Counted from the first letter of the stretch, positions 21,080 to 29,738 are shown. The stretch is 64,000 nucleotides of DNA from Nanobdellota archaeon (GCA_013329215.1 DUKS01000002.1:13669-77668); one strand, 5' to 3'. Numbers and translations are program-made. Notes: generated by a model from the sequence alone, not told the origin.

Positions 21080-23377
21080 ATGAAAGGGTTCATAGTATAC
21101 ACAAACTACAGGCTGCTTGATGAAAAGCCTTATGTTTTTCTCATAGGCCGGCTTGAAAACGGGGAAGCGTTTGTAACTGTAAGCTCTTACAGGCCATACT
21201 TTTACATAAAAGAGCAGGATTTGAAGCAGGCTGTGAAGCTTGACCAGTTTGAGCATGAAAAAACGCAGATGAAGGACTTTGAAGGGGAAAAAGCAGCGAG
21301 AATTTTCACACAAAAGCCTTCTGACGTGCCTGAGCTAAGGCACCTGTTTGAATCCAACGGCATTAAATGCTATGAAGCTGACATTAGGTTTGCCCAGCGC
21401 TTTCTTATAGACCACGAGCTAAAAGGAACCGTTGACATTGAAGGTGATTATGAATATCAGGACACGCTGCGCGTTTACAGGGAGCCGAGGCTGAAGACCT
21501 GCGAATTCTGGCCCGAGCTCAAGGTGCTTTCAATCGATATAGAAACAAGAAGAGATGCAAAAGAATTGTACGCAATCGCGCTTGCATCAAAGGAGAAGGA
21601 CACAGCGCTTATAGTATCCGAAAAAAAAGTAAAAGGTGCAGTTGCATGCAAAGATGAGGAAGAGCTTATCACGAAATTCCTTGCATCTGTCAATGAGTAT
21701 GACCCTGACATAATCACAGGCTGGAACCTGATAGACTTTGACCTGAAAGTCTTGCAGGAAAGATGCAGGGGATACGGGATGGAACTTGCAATAGGCAGGG
21801 GCGGAAAAAAATGCAGGCTGAAGATTGAAGCTGATTTCATGAAAACCTCAAAAGCAGACGCGGAGGGCAGGATAATAATTGATGGTATGCAGCTTTTGCG
21901 CGATGCATTTGTAAAGCTGGAAGACTACAGGCTTGAAACCGCAGGCAGGACACTTGCCGGCGAAGGCAAGCTGGTGAAGTTTACTGACAAAGGCAGGGAA
22001 ATAGAAGCAATGTTTTTGGAAAACAAGCAGCTTCTTTCTGAGTACAACATGCAGGATGCAAAGCTTGTGCTCAAAATCCTTGAAAAGACAAACGTTCTGA
22101 ACATTGCTGTTGAAAGAAGCATTCTTACAGGAATGCCTATAGACAGGGTTTCAGCTTCAATCGCATCCTTTGACTCGCTTTATCTGAGGGAAGCAAGGAA
22201 AAGAGGAATTGTATGCCCGTGCGCATCATATGCAGAGAAAATGGAAAGGGTCAAGGGCGCATTTGTCATGGAACCAAAGCCAGGCATATATGACAATGTT
22301 ATTGTTCTTGACTTTAAGTCACTATACCCGTCTATAATACGGACTTTTAACATAGACCCCGCGAGCTTTGCTGCCGGTTGCAAGGGAAAAAATCTTGTAA
22401 AAGCGCCGAACGGCGCATGCTTTAGGAACGAGGATGGGATTTTGCCTGAAGTCATACAGCGCCTGTGGGAAGCAAGGGAGATTGCAAGAAAAAGAAAAGA
22501 TGAAACCGCAAGGTTCGCAATCAAGATACACATGAACAGCATTTACGGCGCAATGGCATCCCCAAACTGCAGGTTCTTTAACATGGACATTGCAAATGCA
22601 ATAACCTCTTTTGCAAGGCAGATAATACAGGCATCTGCCGCTGAAATAGAGAAAAAAAAGTATGGCGTGCTTTATTCTGACACAGACTCCTGTTTTGTTG
22701 TGTCTAGGGCGAAAACACCGGAGGAAGCAAATGAAATAGGGCGGGGGCTTGCGGCAGAGATTAATGAATTCTACAACGGGCTTGTTAAAAAGGAATTCAA
22801 AAGGCAGTCTTTCCTTGAAATGCAGTTTGAGAAATGCTTTTCAAAGTTCCTTATGCCAAAGCTGAGAAAGTCGGAAACAGGCGCCAAGAAACGGTATGCG
22901 GGCCTGTATGTGAAAAATGGGAAAGAAGCAATATCCATCACAGGGCTTGAGTTTGTAAGGGGCGACTGGACAGAGCTTGCCAAGAGGTTCCAGTATGAGC
23001 TGCTTGACAGGCTTTTCCACAACAAGGAAATACTGCCGTTTATTTCAGAGTTTGTAAAAAAGCTGCAGGGTGGGGAGTTTGATTCGCTGCTGGTTTACAG
23101 GAAGACCGCAAGGAAGAACCTTGACGAGTACACTAAAACAACCCCGCCGCACATAAAAGCCGCAAGAAAGATGGAAAAAGTTGAGAACAACCGAATTGAA
23201 TATATTATGACCGAAGACGGGCCTGAGCCGATGGAAAAGATTGAGCATAAGATTGATTACGGGCATTACCTGAAAAAGCAGCTAAAGCCAATTGCTGATT
23301 CAATATTGACTTTCTTCGGGCAGACATTTGAGGATGCTGCAAAAGGCGTGAAGCAGCAGACGCTTGGGAATTATTGA
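21080..23377 (+). CDS. polB: Family B DNA polymerase
   Basis: Exo I LSIDIET; motif A DFKSLYPSII; motif C YSDTDS; KxxxNSxYG (KIHMNSIYG). Confidence 0.9.
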   Translation: MKGFIVYTNYRLLDEKPYVFLIGRLENGEAFVTVSSYRPYFYIKEQDLKQAVKLDQFEHEKTQMKDFEGEKAARIFTQKPSDVPELRHLFESNGIKCYEADIRFAQRFLIDHELKGTVDIEGDYEYQDTLRVYREPRLKTCEFWPELKVLSIDIETRRDAKELYAIALASKEKDTALIVSEKKVKGAVACKDEEELITKFLASVNEYDPDIITGWNLIDFDLKVLQERCRGYGMELAIGRGGKKCRLKIEADFMKTSKADAEGRIIIDGMQLLRDAFVKLEDYRLETAGRTLAGEGKLVKFTDKGREIEAMFLENKQLLSEYNMQDAKLVLKILEKTNVLNIAVERSILTGMPIDRVSASIASFDSLYLREARKRGIVCPCASYAEKMERVKGAFVMEPKPGIYDNVIVLDFKSLYPSIIRTFNIDPASFAAGCKGKNLVKAPNGACFRNEDGILPEVIQRLWEAREIARKRKDETARFAIKIHMNSIYGAMASPNCRFFNMDIANAITSFARQIIQASAAEIEKKKYGVLYSDTDSCFVVSRAKTPEEANEIGRGLAAEINEFYNGLVKKEFKRQSFLEMQFEKCFSKFLMPKLRKSETGAKKRYAGLYVKNGKEAISITGLEFVRGDWTELAKRFQYELLDRLFHNKEILPFISEFVKKLQGGEFDSLLVYRKTARKNLDEYTKTTPPHIKAARKMEKVENNRIEYIMTEDGPEPMEKIEHKIDYGHYLKKQLKPIADSILTFFGQTFEDAAKGVKQQTLGNY

Positions 23378-23423
23378 CTTAATCACATAAATCCTTATAA
23401 ATCATGTTTCGATTACCTGAGTT

Positions 23424-24278
23424 ATGGCTTACCTCTCTGAAATCCACGCCTGCCGGTGGATAAAAGACCCTGTAAAGCTTTATATTTCCTTTACAGCTGC
23501 TGACCAGCACAAATCGCTTGCAACAGACATTGCAGTTGCTGTCACAAAAGCATTGCAGGAAGACCACAGGGCTTATCTTTCAAAATACGCAGGGTTTGCA
23601 GGCAAGAAAATAGTTTATGCTGATTCCAATCCTGATTCTGGCTCAAGCGAGCATGAAAATTGGCATACATTCCTTGAGAGAAGAAAGCTGAGCCCTGCTG
23701 CAGGGGAATTCATAGAGGAAGCAAGCTCTTATGTGATAGACGACCTGGAAACAGACAAGCCTTCCTGTGAGTACCTGAAGCACCTCAACTGGAGCAATGA
23801 GTTTGTCAGGACTTACCTTGCCATGCAAAACCGCCCCATATCAGAGCTCGAAACAATCCTGAGGCAGTTCGGGCACATTATCCCTGAATGGAATGAACAG
23901 GTAATGAAGGGCTCGTGCCCATGGCTGCGCTTCACAGACGAGGCAAAATATTTCCTGCTTTATCATCTCTGCTTTGACATAGCTTTCGGAAGGACAATAC
24001 AGGAGGCAAAACGAATCTACACCACTTCACTAAAAATAACAAAAAAGAAGGGTGTTGCAGCAGGGATAAAGCATTTAAGGCGGCGCGCTTCAAAAGCTGT
24101 TTCTGACATGTATGATTTTGATTTTGATATAGGCGGCTATTATCCAAATTATCCTTCCCTTGTGGAATACAGATTTTTCGGCAAAGAAGGGATTATCATA
24201 GAGGCGTGCGGAAAATATCCCTCATGGGTTGTGCCTCTTGACAGGGAAATTAAAAGAAGGGGGCTTGTCCCTGATTGA
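23424..24278 (+). CDS. Hypothetical protein, paralog A of a tandem pair (conserved Cys/His, unknown family)
   Basis: Shares HACRWIKDP, GxFIEEAS, CPWL, YFLLYxLCFD, GIxHLR, DxYDF...DIGGYxPxYP and EIKKRG with the next ORF. Confidence 0.55.
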   Translation: MAYLSEIHACRWIKDPVKLYISFTAADQHKSLATDIAVAVTKALQEDHRAYLSKYAGFAGKKIVYADSNPDSGSSEHENWHTFLERRKLSPAAGEFIEEASSYVIDDLETDKPSCEYLKHLNWSNEFVRTYLAMQNRPISELETILRQFGHIIPEWNEQVMKGSCPWLRFTDEAKYFLLYHLCFDIAFGRTIQEAKRIYTTSLKITKKKGVAAGIKHLRRRASKAVSDMYDFDFDIGGYYPNYPSLVEYRFFGKEGIIIEACGKYPSWVVPLDREIKRRGLVPD

Positions 24279-24328
24279 TGATTTGCAGAATATAAATGCT
24301 TATAAATCTTCAAAAAATCCAGCTTACT

Positions 24329-25183
24329 ATGGTCTCGATTCTTGAGGTAATGGCCTGCCATAGGATAAAGGATCCCGTTCGCTTTTATCTTCACACAACT
24401 TCAGAAGGGGAATATGAATTCCATGCAAGGGAATTTGCTGAAACTGTCGCAAGAAGGCTGATGGAAACAAGAAGGGCCTACCTTGCCACCGTTTCCGCGT
24501 TTGCAGATGACGGCAGGGTCATTTCCACAAAAGAAACGAGCGATGGCGGGCAGGCGCATGAAAGATGGCATAATTACGTGCAGGAAAATAAGCTTGAGTC
24601 TGATGCCGGGGATTTTATAGAAGAGGCAAGCGCTGCTGTAATTGAGTCTGTTACTGACGGATATGGCGACAAGTACCTTGAGCCAAGCAAGAGGTTCCTC
24701 CAGCTCCACCTTCTGGTGCAGAGGAGCAGCGGCGAGGAACTGGAAAAAATACTTGAAAAATTTTTTGTTGGCGACAAGGAACTTGTATATGAAGCTGACA
24801 AGATAATTATGGGCGATTCCTGCCCGTGGCTAAGCTATCTTGCGGAGGCGCCTTATTTTCTCCTTTACGGGCTTTGTTTTGATGTCTGTGCAACGAGGGG
24901 CCTAAGGGCTGCCAAGAGCATATATAAGACTGCGCTGAAAAAATCCAAATGCAAGGGAGTTAATGCAGGGATAAACCACCTCAGGCAGCATGCGACTTCC
25001 TCTGTTGCAGACCTTTATGATTTTTGCCTGTCTGACATAGGGGGATATCTGCCGAGCTATCCCCAATCACACCAGATGGAATATGTCTTTTTTGACAAAA
25101 AGCTGAAGATAGAAGTTTGCTTTGCTTACAAATCATGGCTTGAGATTGTTGAAAAGGAAATAAAGAAAAGAGGCTTTAGATAA
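24329..25183 (+). CDS. Hypothetical protein, paralog B of the tandem pair
   Basis: MACHRIKDP...DSCPWLSYL...YFLLYGLCFD...GINHLRQH...DLYDF...DIGGYLPSYP; start placed at the M that aligns with paralog A. Confidence 0.5.
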   Translation: MVSILEVMACHRIKDPVRFYLHTTSEGEYEFHAREFAETVARRLMETRRAYLATVSAFADDGRVISTKETSDGGQAHERWHNYVQENKLESDAGDFIEEASAAVIESVTDGYGDKYLEPSKRFLQLHLLVQRSSGEELEKILEKFFVGDKELVYEADKIIMGDSCPWLSYLAEAPYFLLYGLCFDVCATRGLRAAKSIYKTALKKSKCKGVNAGINHLRQHATSSVADLYDFCLSDIGGYLPSYPQSHQMEYVFFDKKLKIEVCFAYKSWLEIVEKEIKKRGFR

Positions 25184-25814
25184 ATTCTTTTAACTGCTTC
25201 GTTTCCGGCTTAAATACAAATGCATTCGCCGAGTCAAACCATCCGCACATGAAATTCTCAATCGGTATGCCTGCCCTTTTGCTCAGCATCAGTGCATAGA
25301 AATAAGTCTGTGTTGCCGCATACTTCTCCCTGTCTGCATTCGGCTTGTAGTCCCATACCCATATCTTGTTTCCTTCAATGCGCAGCAGGTCTATATGGCC
25401 TGTAAGCGGCTTCTCCTCCCTGAAGAGATGGCTGAATCTGTCTGTTTCTTCAGGCAAAAGCCAGACAGGCACTTCAATCGCAACCGTATGCCTGTCATTC
25501 TCCAGCATGAACATCTGGACTTTCAGGTGCTCTGAGCTGAACCTTTCCGCGTTTATGCCCAGCCCGTATGAGGTGAGAAGGCTTATGTCGTGGTCGTTGT
25601 GCCTTCTTATGTCAAGGTTCGGCATCTGAAAGCGGAGCTTTGAGCTTCTCGGCCCCTCAAGGAAATATTTGTCAGGGCAGCTTTTGAAAAGGCAGTTCAT
25701 GTATTCGTTCAGCCCGGAAAATCCGCTGCAAAGCAGTTCGCCTGCCTTTTTTTCATGCACGCTGTAGTCGTATTTCCACCCGTGCCAGAATTGTTTTTGT
25801 TTTATCACATCCAA
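25176..25814 (-). CDS. PD-(D/E)xK nuclease superfamily protein (RecB/Cas4-like core with QxxxY)
   Basis: GHIDLLRIEGNK...VWDYKPN...QTYFYALML; TTG start in the track; convergent with paralog B and overlapping it by 8 nt. Confidence 0.5.
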   Translation of the reverse strand: MDVIKQKQFWHGWKYDYSVHEKKAGELLCSGFSGLNEYMNCLFKSCPDKYFLEGPRSSKLRFQMPNLDIRRHNDHDISLLTSYGLGINAERFSSEHLKVQMFMLENDRHTVAIEVPVWLLPEETDRFSHLFREEKPLTGHIDLLRIEGNKIWVWDYKPNADREKYAATQTYFYALMLSKRAGIPIENFMCGWFDSANAFVFKPETKQLKEFI

Positions 25815-25869
25815 TACCCTCTTTTCCAGTTTTGGATTGTTTCCAGGGATATAAACATTGCGGCAAAGT

Positions 25870-25900
25870 CAGGCTCTGCATACATTGGTGCGTTAGCGGG
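25870..25900. repeat. Left copy of a 30-bp inverted repeat (28/30 identical to 29210-29240)
   Basis: gcatacattggtgcgttagcgggtgcttag versus the reverse complement of 29210-29240; 23-nt perfect core acattggtgcgttagcgggtgct. Confidence 0.7.
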
Positions 25901-25978
25901 TGCTTAGAATAGGCACGTATCATGCATTTTACCCTATACTTTGCCCGAAAAGTTTAAAAGTAAGGTATATTCACCATA

Positions 25979-26998
25979 GTGACGATGGCAAAAAGGCGAT
26001 TAGCAATAACAGAAGCTTCTACCAAAGATAACAGGAAAGACGCGGAGAAAGGAAAAGTTAAAGCTATTGCTAAACCTAAACAAGAGACTATTCGCCCTTA
26101 CCAAAAAAAGAGGAATAACATACTCTCTAAATTTAAGGTATGCACTAATAAACTCATTCAACATCGAAAAAATCCCATATTAGTCATGTTTTACTGTTCT
26201 GAAGGTGAAGGGAAAATTTTCCCTTGGGATTTGGCGTTGCTTGAGAAAGAATTTCAACATTATTGTGACTGTAGAAGAATTAGCAAGATAGATAAACTTG
26301 ATTTGATTATCTATACTAGGGGAGGGGATGCAAATACCTCTTATCGTTTAGCACAGTTAATAAGGGGCTATGTTAATCATTTGCATGTCATCATTCCAGA
26401 GTTTGCATATAGCGGGGGGACACTTATTGCTTTTGCAGGCAATTGCGTAGAAATGGGGGTTACAAGCGTGCTCTCACCAATTGATGTTCAAATTACTGAT
26501 AATAAAGATAAAGGGATTTCCCTGCTTGGCTTTGAAAAGTTTGTTGAGTTTATAGCAGACAGTTCGGCAGTTTTTCATCTTGAGGAACAAGAAAAAGCTC
26601 ACTTTGCCACGGAACTTATGAAATGTTTAGTTGAACAAGCCACTCCACTTGAACTTGGAGAAATATATAGGTTAAGAAGTATGACAAAGTATCATGCTGA
26701 AACTCTTTTAGCGAATTATATGTTTGGTAATGATGCAAACAAGGCAGCAATTATTCATAATGTAATAGGTGCCTTTACTAAAAATGCACCTTCTCATAGC
26801 TTTGATATGGACTATAATCTTGTTAAAGCAACTGGTATTAAAGTCAAACCAATGGATAGTAAAACATATAAACTCTCAAAGTCCCTAATAGAGCTATGCG
26901 TAAAGTTAGCAGACGAAGGATTAATTTGCAAATATCCGCAAGCCCAACTCAAAGTGAGGGCTCCTTACTTCGGCATATTCGACAGAAAAGATATGTAA
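25979..26998 (+). CDS. ClpP-fold serine protease, SDH (serine dehydrogenase proteinase, ex-DUF114) family
   Basis: IIYTRGGDANTSYRLAQLIRG...HVIIPEFAYSGGTLIAFAGNCVEMGVTSVLSPIDVQ, which resembles my recollection of the SDH/DUF114 family consensus (TPGG...A..I..........YAMSGGTLIAL.AD.IVM....LGPIDPQ); the gene is markedly AT-rich. Confidence 0.6.
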   Translation: MTMAKRRLAITEASTKDNRKDAEKGKVKAIAKPKQETIRPYQKKRNNILSKFKVCTNKLIQHRKNPILVMFYCSEGEGKIFPWDLALLEKEFQHYCDCRRISKIDKLDLIIYTRGGDANTSYRLAQLIRGYVNHLHVIIPEFAYSGGTLIAFAGNCVEMGVTSVLSPIDVQITDNKDKGISLLGFEKFVEFIADSSAVFHLEEQEKAHFATELMKCLVEQATPLELGEIYRLRSMTKYHAETLLANYMFGNDANKAAIIHNVIGAFTKNAPSHSFDMDYNLVKATGIKVKPMDSKTYKLSKSLIELCVKLADEGLICKYPQAQLKVRAPYFGIFDRKDM

Positions 26999-27152
26999 CT
27001 CATGGAGGCGTAAAAATGACATTCGAAGAAAAGTTTTTGGCAAGTCAAGAATACCACCAAAAAATATTAAAGTTTGAGTTTGAGAAACTCGGCAAGTCCT
27101 ATCTTGAAAAAATATAGGAAAAGAAAGTTAATTAATTTCTATTCTTTCTTTT

Positions 27153-28052
27153 TCATATCCTACCCTTACTCATCTGTATCAATTCCAGCCACTTATTCGG
27201 GGAACTCAGCGTTAAGTCCGTCGCCAACTCATAAGGGCATTTATTCAGTGATTGGTGCTTTGTTATGAAATTGTAGTATATCTCATATCCCTTTATGATG
27301 AGATTAGCACTTTCAACACTTCCGTGAAAGCCACGCATGGTTTTAGTCCTTGCCCTGATGCTGTTGTGCATCCTTTCAATGGGATAATTGAAGCTACCGC
27401 CGTCAGAAACAACCACTTTGTTATGTAATACATTGTGTTGGCGAAGCTTGTTATTGTAGCCGAAAACCCGCTTAATTACCCTCGGATAAGCCTGCAACCC
27501 ATCTGTTGTAATCATTCTGACATTGTCGGACTTTGCCTTAACCTGCTCCATAACTCTTTTTATTTTATCCGCACTTCTTGATTTAGCAAACTCCGCAGCC
27601 ACCATAAACTTTGTGTCAGGGTCTATGCTGTCTATCAGCCAATTCTTATCTAATCCGCCTCTGATGTGGTGCTTTCGCCTGTGGTATTCCACTTCATCCA
27701 TCTGGATTTCTTCCCCTGTATTCAGCTTCAAGCTGTCTGTAAAGCCTGATATTTGCCTTGCATACTTCCATAGCCATCTTAGAATTGTGCTGTGGTCTGA
27801 ATTATGCGGGTAGAACGCCTGTAAATGCTCCTGCACCTTTCTTGTGCTTACTCCCCTGTAAAACAGGTCAAGGCACAAGGTTATCTTCTGGGGGCTGTTT
27901 CTCATCCTGTAAAAGCCCTCATCCAAGACAAACCTATGAGAGCAATCCGCACATTTGTATCTCTGAATAAGTCCCCTGTTGCCTGTTTTCCGTAGCCCGT
28001 CTTTCTTGATATGCTCTTTCCCGCATTGTTGGCATTTGATTGCTTTTTCCAT
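27153..28052 (-). mobile_element. IS6-family (IS240-like) transposase with N-terminal zinc finger
   Basis: CQQCGK...CADCSH zinc finger; DDE core with ITTDGLQAYPRVI; TATA tatataaa at 28074-28081 about 25 nt upstream of the ATG. Confidence 0.75.
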
Positions 28053-28056
28053 ACTA

Positions 28057-28099
28057 TTTAGGTACCTAAACAGGTATATAAACCTTTGGGTACCTAAAG
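28057..28099. promoter_or_regulatory. Two GGTACC-centred palindromes flanking the TATA box (candidate operators)
   Basis: tttaggtacctaaa (28057-28070) and ctttgggtacctaaag (28084-28099), centres 28 bp apart, with tatataaa between them; a third copy ttgtaggtacctaa at 28753-28767. Confidence 0.45.
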
Positions 28100-28165
28100 T
28101 AGAAAAGTATATAAATACCTATAATTAATCATAGCTTGTTATAACTTATTATAGTTGATAGGAAG

Positions 28166-28474
28166 GTGAAAACGATGATAAATGGAAGGGCGACAACAAT
28201 ACAGGTGATGGAGAATACAAGACTTTGCCTTGAAAAACTTAAGGTCGTAAAGCAAGAACCTTATGATAATGTCATAAGGAGGATTATAGAGAGAGTATTA
28301 GACTTATGTGAAGAAGGTACAGATTTAGAGACAAAGAAGATGATACAGGGTAGGCTAAATGAGGTTGCTAAAGGGGACGTTATTTCAACAAAGCAGTTAA
28401 GAGATATTTTATTTTCGGGAGGGGAAAAAAATGGTGAAATACGAAAAGGTATGGGCAAGGTCTATAGGGCATGA
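28166..28474 (+). CDS. Putative antitoxin (archaeal VapB-like family)
   Basis: TTIQVMENTRLCLEKLK...EPYDNVIRRIIERVL pattern; upstream of the RelE-like toxin and overlapping it. Confidence 0.45.
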   Translation: MKTMINGRATTIQVMENTRLCLEKLKVVKQEPYDNVIRRIIERVLDLCEEGTDLETKKMIQGRLNEVAKGDVISTKQLRDILFSGGEKNGEIRKGMGKVYRA

Positions 28475-28751
28475 CCTAAAAGGAATAAGTGAAAGAATAT
28501 TTAATGTTATTGATGGTAAAATAGATGATATTCTAGATTCCCCGAACACAAAATCAAAAAAGATAAAAGGATGGGCTTATAATATAAGAAGAATCCGTTT
28601 GGGTAATTACCGACTTTTAATTTATGTGGATGACTTAAACCTAACAGTCTATTGCTTGGCTTATTTACCTAGAAAAAATTGTTATAGCCCAGAAACAAGG
28701 GCAATGATTATGAATATCGCTAGGAATGTTGAAAAACAAAAAAGTATATAA
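28431..28751 (+). CDS. RelE/ParE-family toxin
   Basis: GYNIRRIRLGNYRLLIYVDDLNLTVYCLAYLPRKNCY. Confidence 0.6.
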   Translation: MVKYEKVWARSIGHDLKGISERIFNVIDGKIDDILDSPNTKSKKIKGWAYNIRRIRLGNYRLLIYVDDLNLTVYCLAYLPRKNCYSPETRAMIMNIARNVEKQKSI

Positions 28752-28774
28752 ACTTGTAGGTACCTAATAAAGAT

Positions 28775-28936
28775 ATGAAACTGCAAAAACAGCTTTCTCG
28801 GAAATACGAAGGAAAGGATTATGCCAAGTACGTTATCGTTATAAAACCAACATATATTGAGCAATTGGGCTGGAAGAAGTCCGACGAGCTTAAAGTAGAA
28901 GTTAAGGATAACAAGCTGGTTATAGAGAAGGATTAA
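28775..28936 (+). CDS. Small AbrB/MazE-like (swapped-hairpin) protein, 53 aa; not in the ORF track
   Basis: Manual translation MKLQKQLSRKYEGKDYAKYVIVIKPTYIEQLGWKKSDELKVEVKDNKLVIEKD; a GGTACC palindrome lies 8 nt upstream. Confidence 0.45.
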   Translation: MKLQKQLSRKYEGKDYAKYVIVIKPTYIEQLGWKKSDELKVEVKDNKLVIEKD

Positions 28937-28937
28937 A

Positions 28938-29159
28938 ATGATAAAAGTTAAATCAAAAAGGGGGGTTTTGGCTGAATATCTGAGGAACCCCTATATTGAA
29001 ACAAGCTTAATGGCAGTTATTTATTTTGAATTTAGTAGTATAGTATTAGATTATTTTCCAAAGAAGAAGTATATTTTATTATGCTGGTCTATTATTTCAG
29101 CAATAGTTATAATTGGATATTGGGCATACAGGCAAAAAGCGTATTCAAATAAAACTTAA
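28938..29159 (+). CDS. Small membrane protein (two TM segments)
   Basis: Hydrophobic segments; starts 2 nt after the AbrB-like ORF. Confidence 0.35.
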   Translation: MIKVKSKRGVLAEYLRNPYIETSLMAVIYFEFSSIVLDYFPKKKYILLCWSIISAIVIIGYWAYRQKAYSNKT

Positions 29160-29209
29160 TAATAATAGTTTTCGGACAAATATATTCTTTATATAATCTT
29201 TAATGTGCT

Positions 29210-29240
29210 TAGCACCCGCTAACGCACCAATGTAGGCTCT
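29210..29240. repeat. Right copy of the 30-bp inverted repeat
   Basis: cttagcacccgctaacgcaccaatgtaggc; contains TTAGC-N4-GCTAA; a TATA-like ttataaag lies 14-21 nt downstream. Confidence 0.7.
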
Positions 29241-29291
29241 GCAAAAGGCTTATAAAGTATAGCTGAATAACTTTCAGCGGGGGTAATTATA

Positions 29292-29702
29292 ATGGCAGAA
29301 ATATCAGAACTCGGAAGAAAACAGATTGAGTGCTGGACAGCGCTCAAGGCATATCTTGAGCAGGTCTTTGCAGATGAGAAGCTGGAAAACCTGCTTTTTA
29401 ACGGAAGGCGGGACATAGAACTATTCACGGCTAAAGATGCCGAGGTAAATGCAAAAGGAGCAAAGGTGCAGGTTGTTTATGGAATAAATGGCGTTGGTGC
29501 ATACCGCAAGGTCGAAGATGAAACCCTTTTCCAAAACATATTCCACTACCGCTGGGGGCACCGCCATTCCCCGTTCGCCCTCGCTTTTGCGCTTGCTGCG
29601 GACTCAAAGGACGCGCTGACACCTGCAGACCTGGAAGCAAAACTTGGGCCTTACAGGCAGATGGCGGCCGGCACTGCCCAGCCCGCCCCGCAGGCAAAGT
29701 AA
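29292..29702 (+). CDS. Hypothetical protein with GC-rich Ala/Pro-rich C-terminus
   Basis: ORF only; preceded by the 30-bp repeat and a TATA. Confidence 0.35.
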   Translation: MAEISELGRKQIECWTALKAYLEQVFADEKLENLLFNGRRDIELFTAKDAEVNAKGAKVQVVYGINGVGAYRKVEDETLFQNIFHYRWGHRHSPFALAFALAADSKDALTPADLEAKLGPYRQMAAGTAQPAPQAK

Positions 29703-29738
29703 ATAGCTTTTTATATACCTTTTCTTTATTATCTCCTG

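Noticed and set aside
25801-25814. TTG start codon of the PD-(D/E)xK nuclease ORF (and TTG/GTG starts at 12, 1820, 63768)
   Set aside because: The track uses alternative starts. They were kept only where no in-frame ATG exists, and ATG starts supported by promoter spacing or homolog N-termini were preferred elsewhere.
26896-27117. 73-aa ORF overlapping the end of the SDH protease gene
   Set aside because: It overlaps a supported gene and has no motifs. It is probably spurious, although a small IS-associated ORF cannot be fully excluded.
27100-28130. Search for classical IS6 terminal inverted repeats around the transposase
   Set aside because: No clear 14-20 bp inverted repeat pair was found by eye at the expected IS ends. 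The IS may be degenerate, or its ends may be the GGTACC palindromes. This is left unresolved rather than called.
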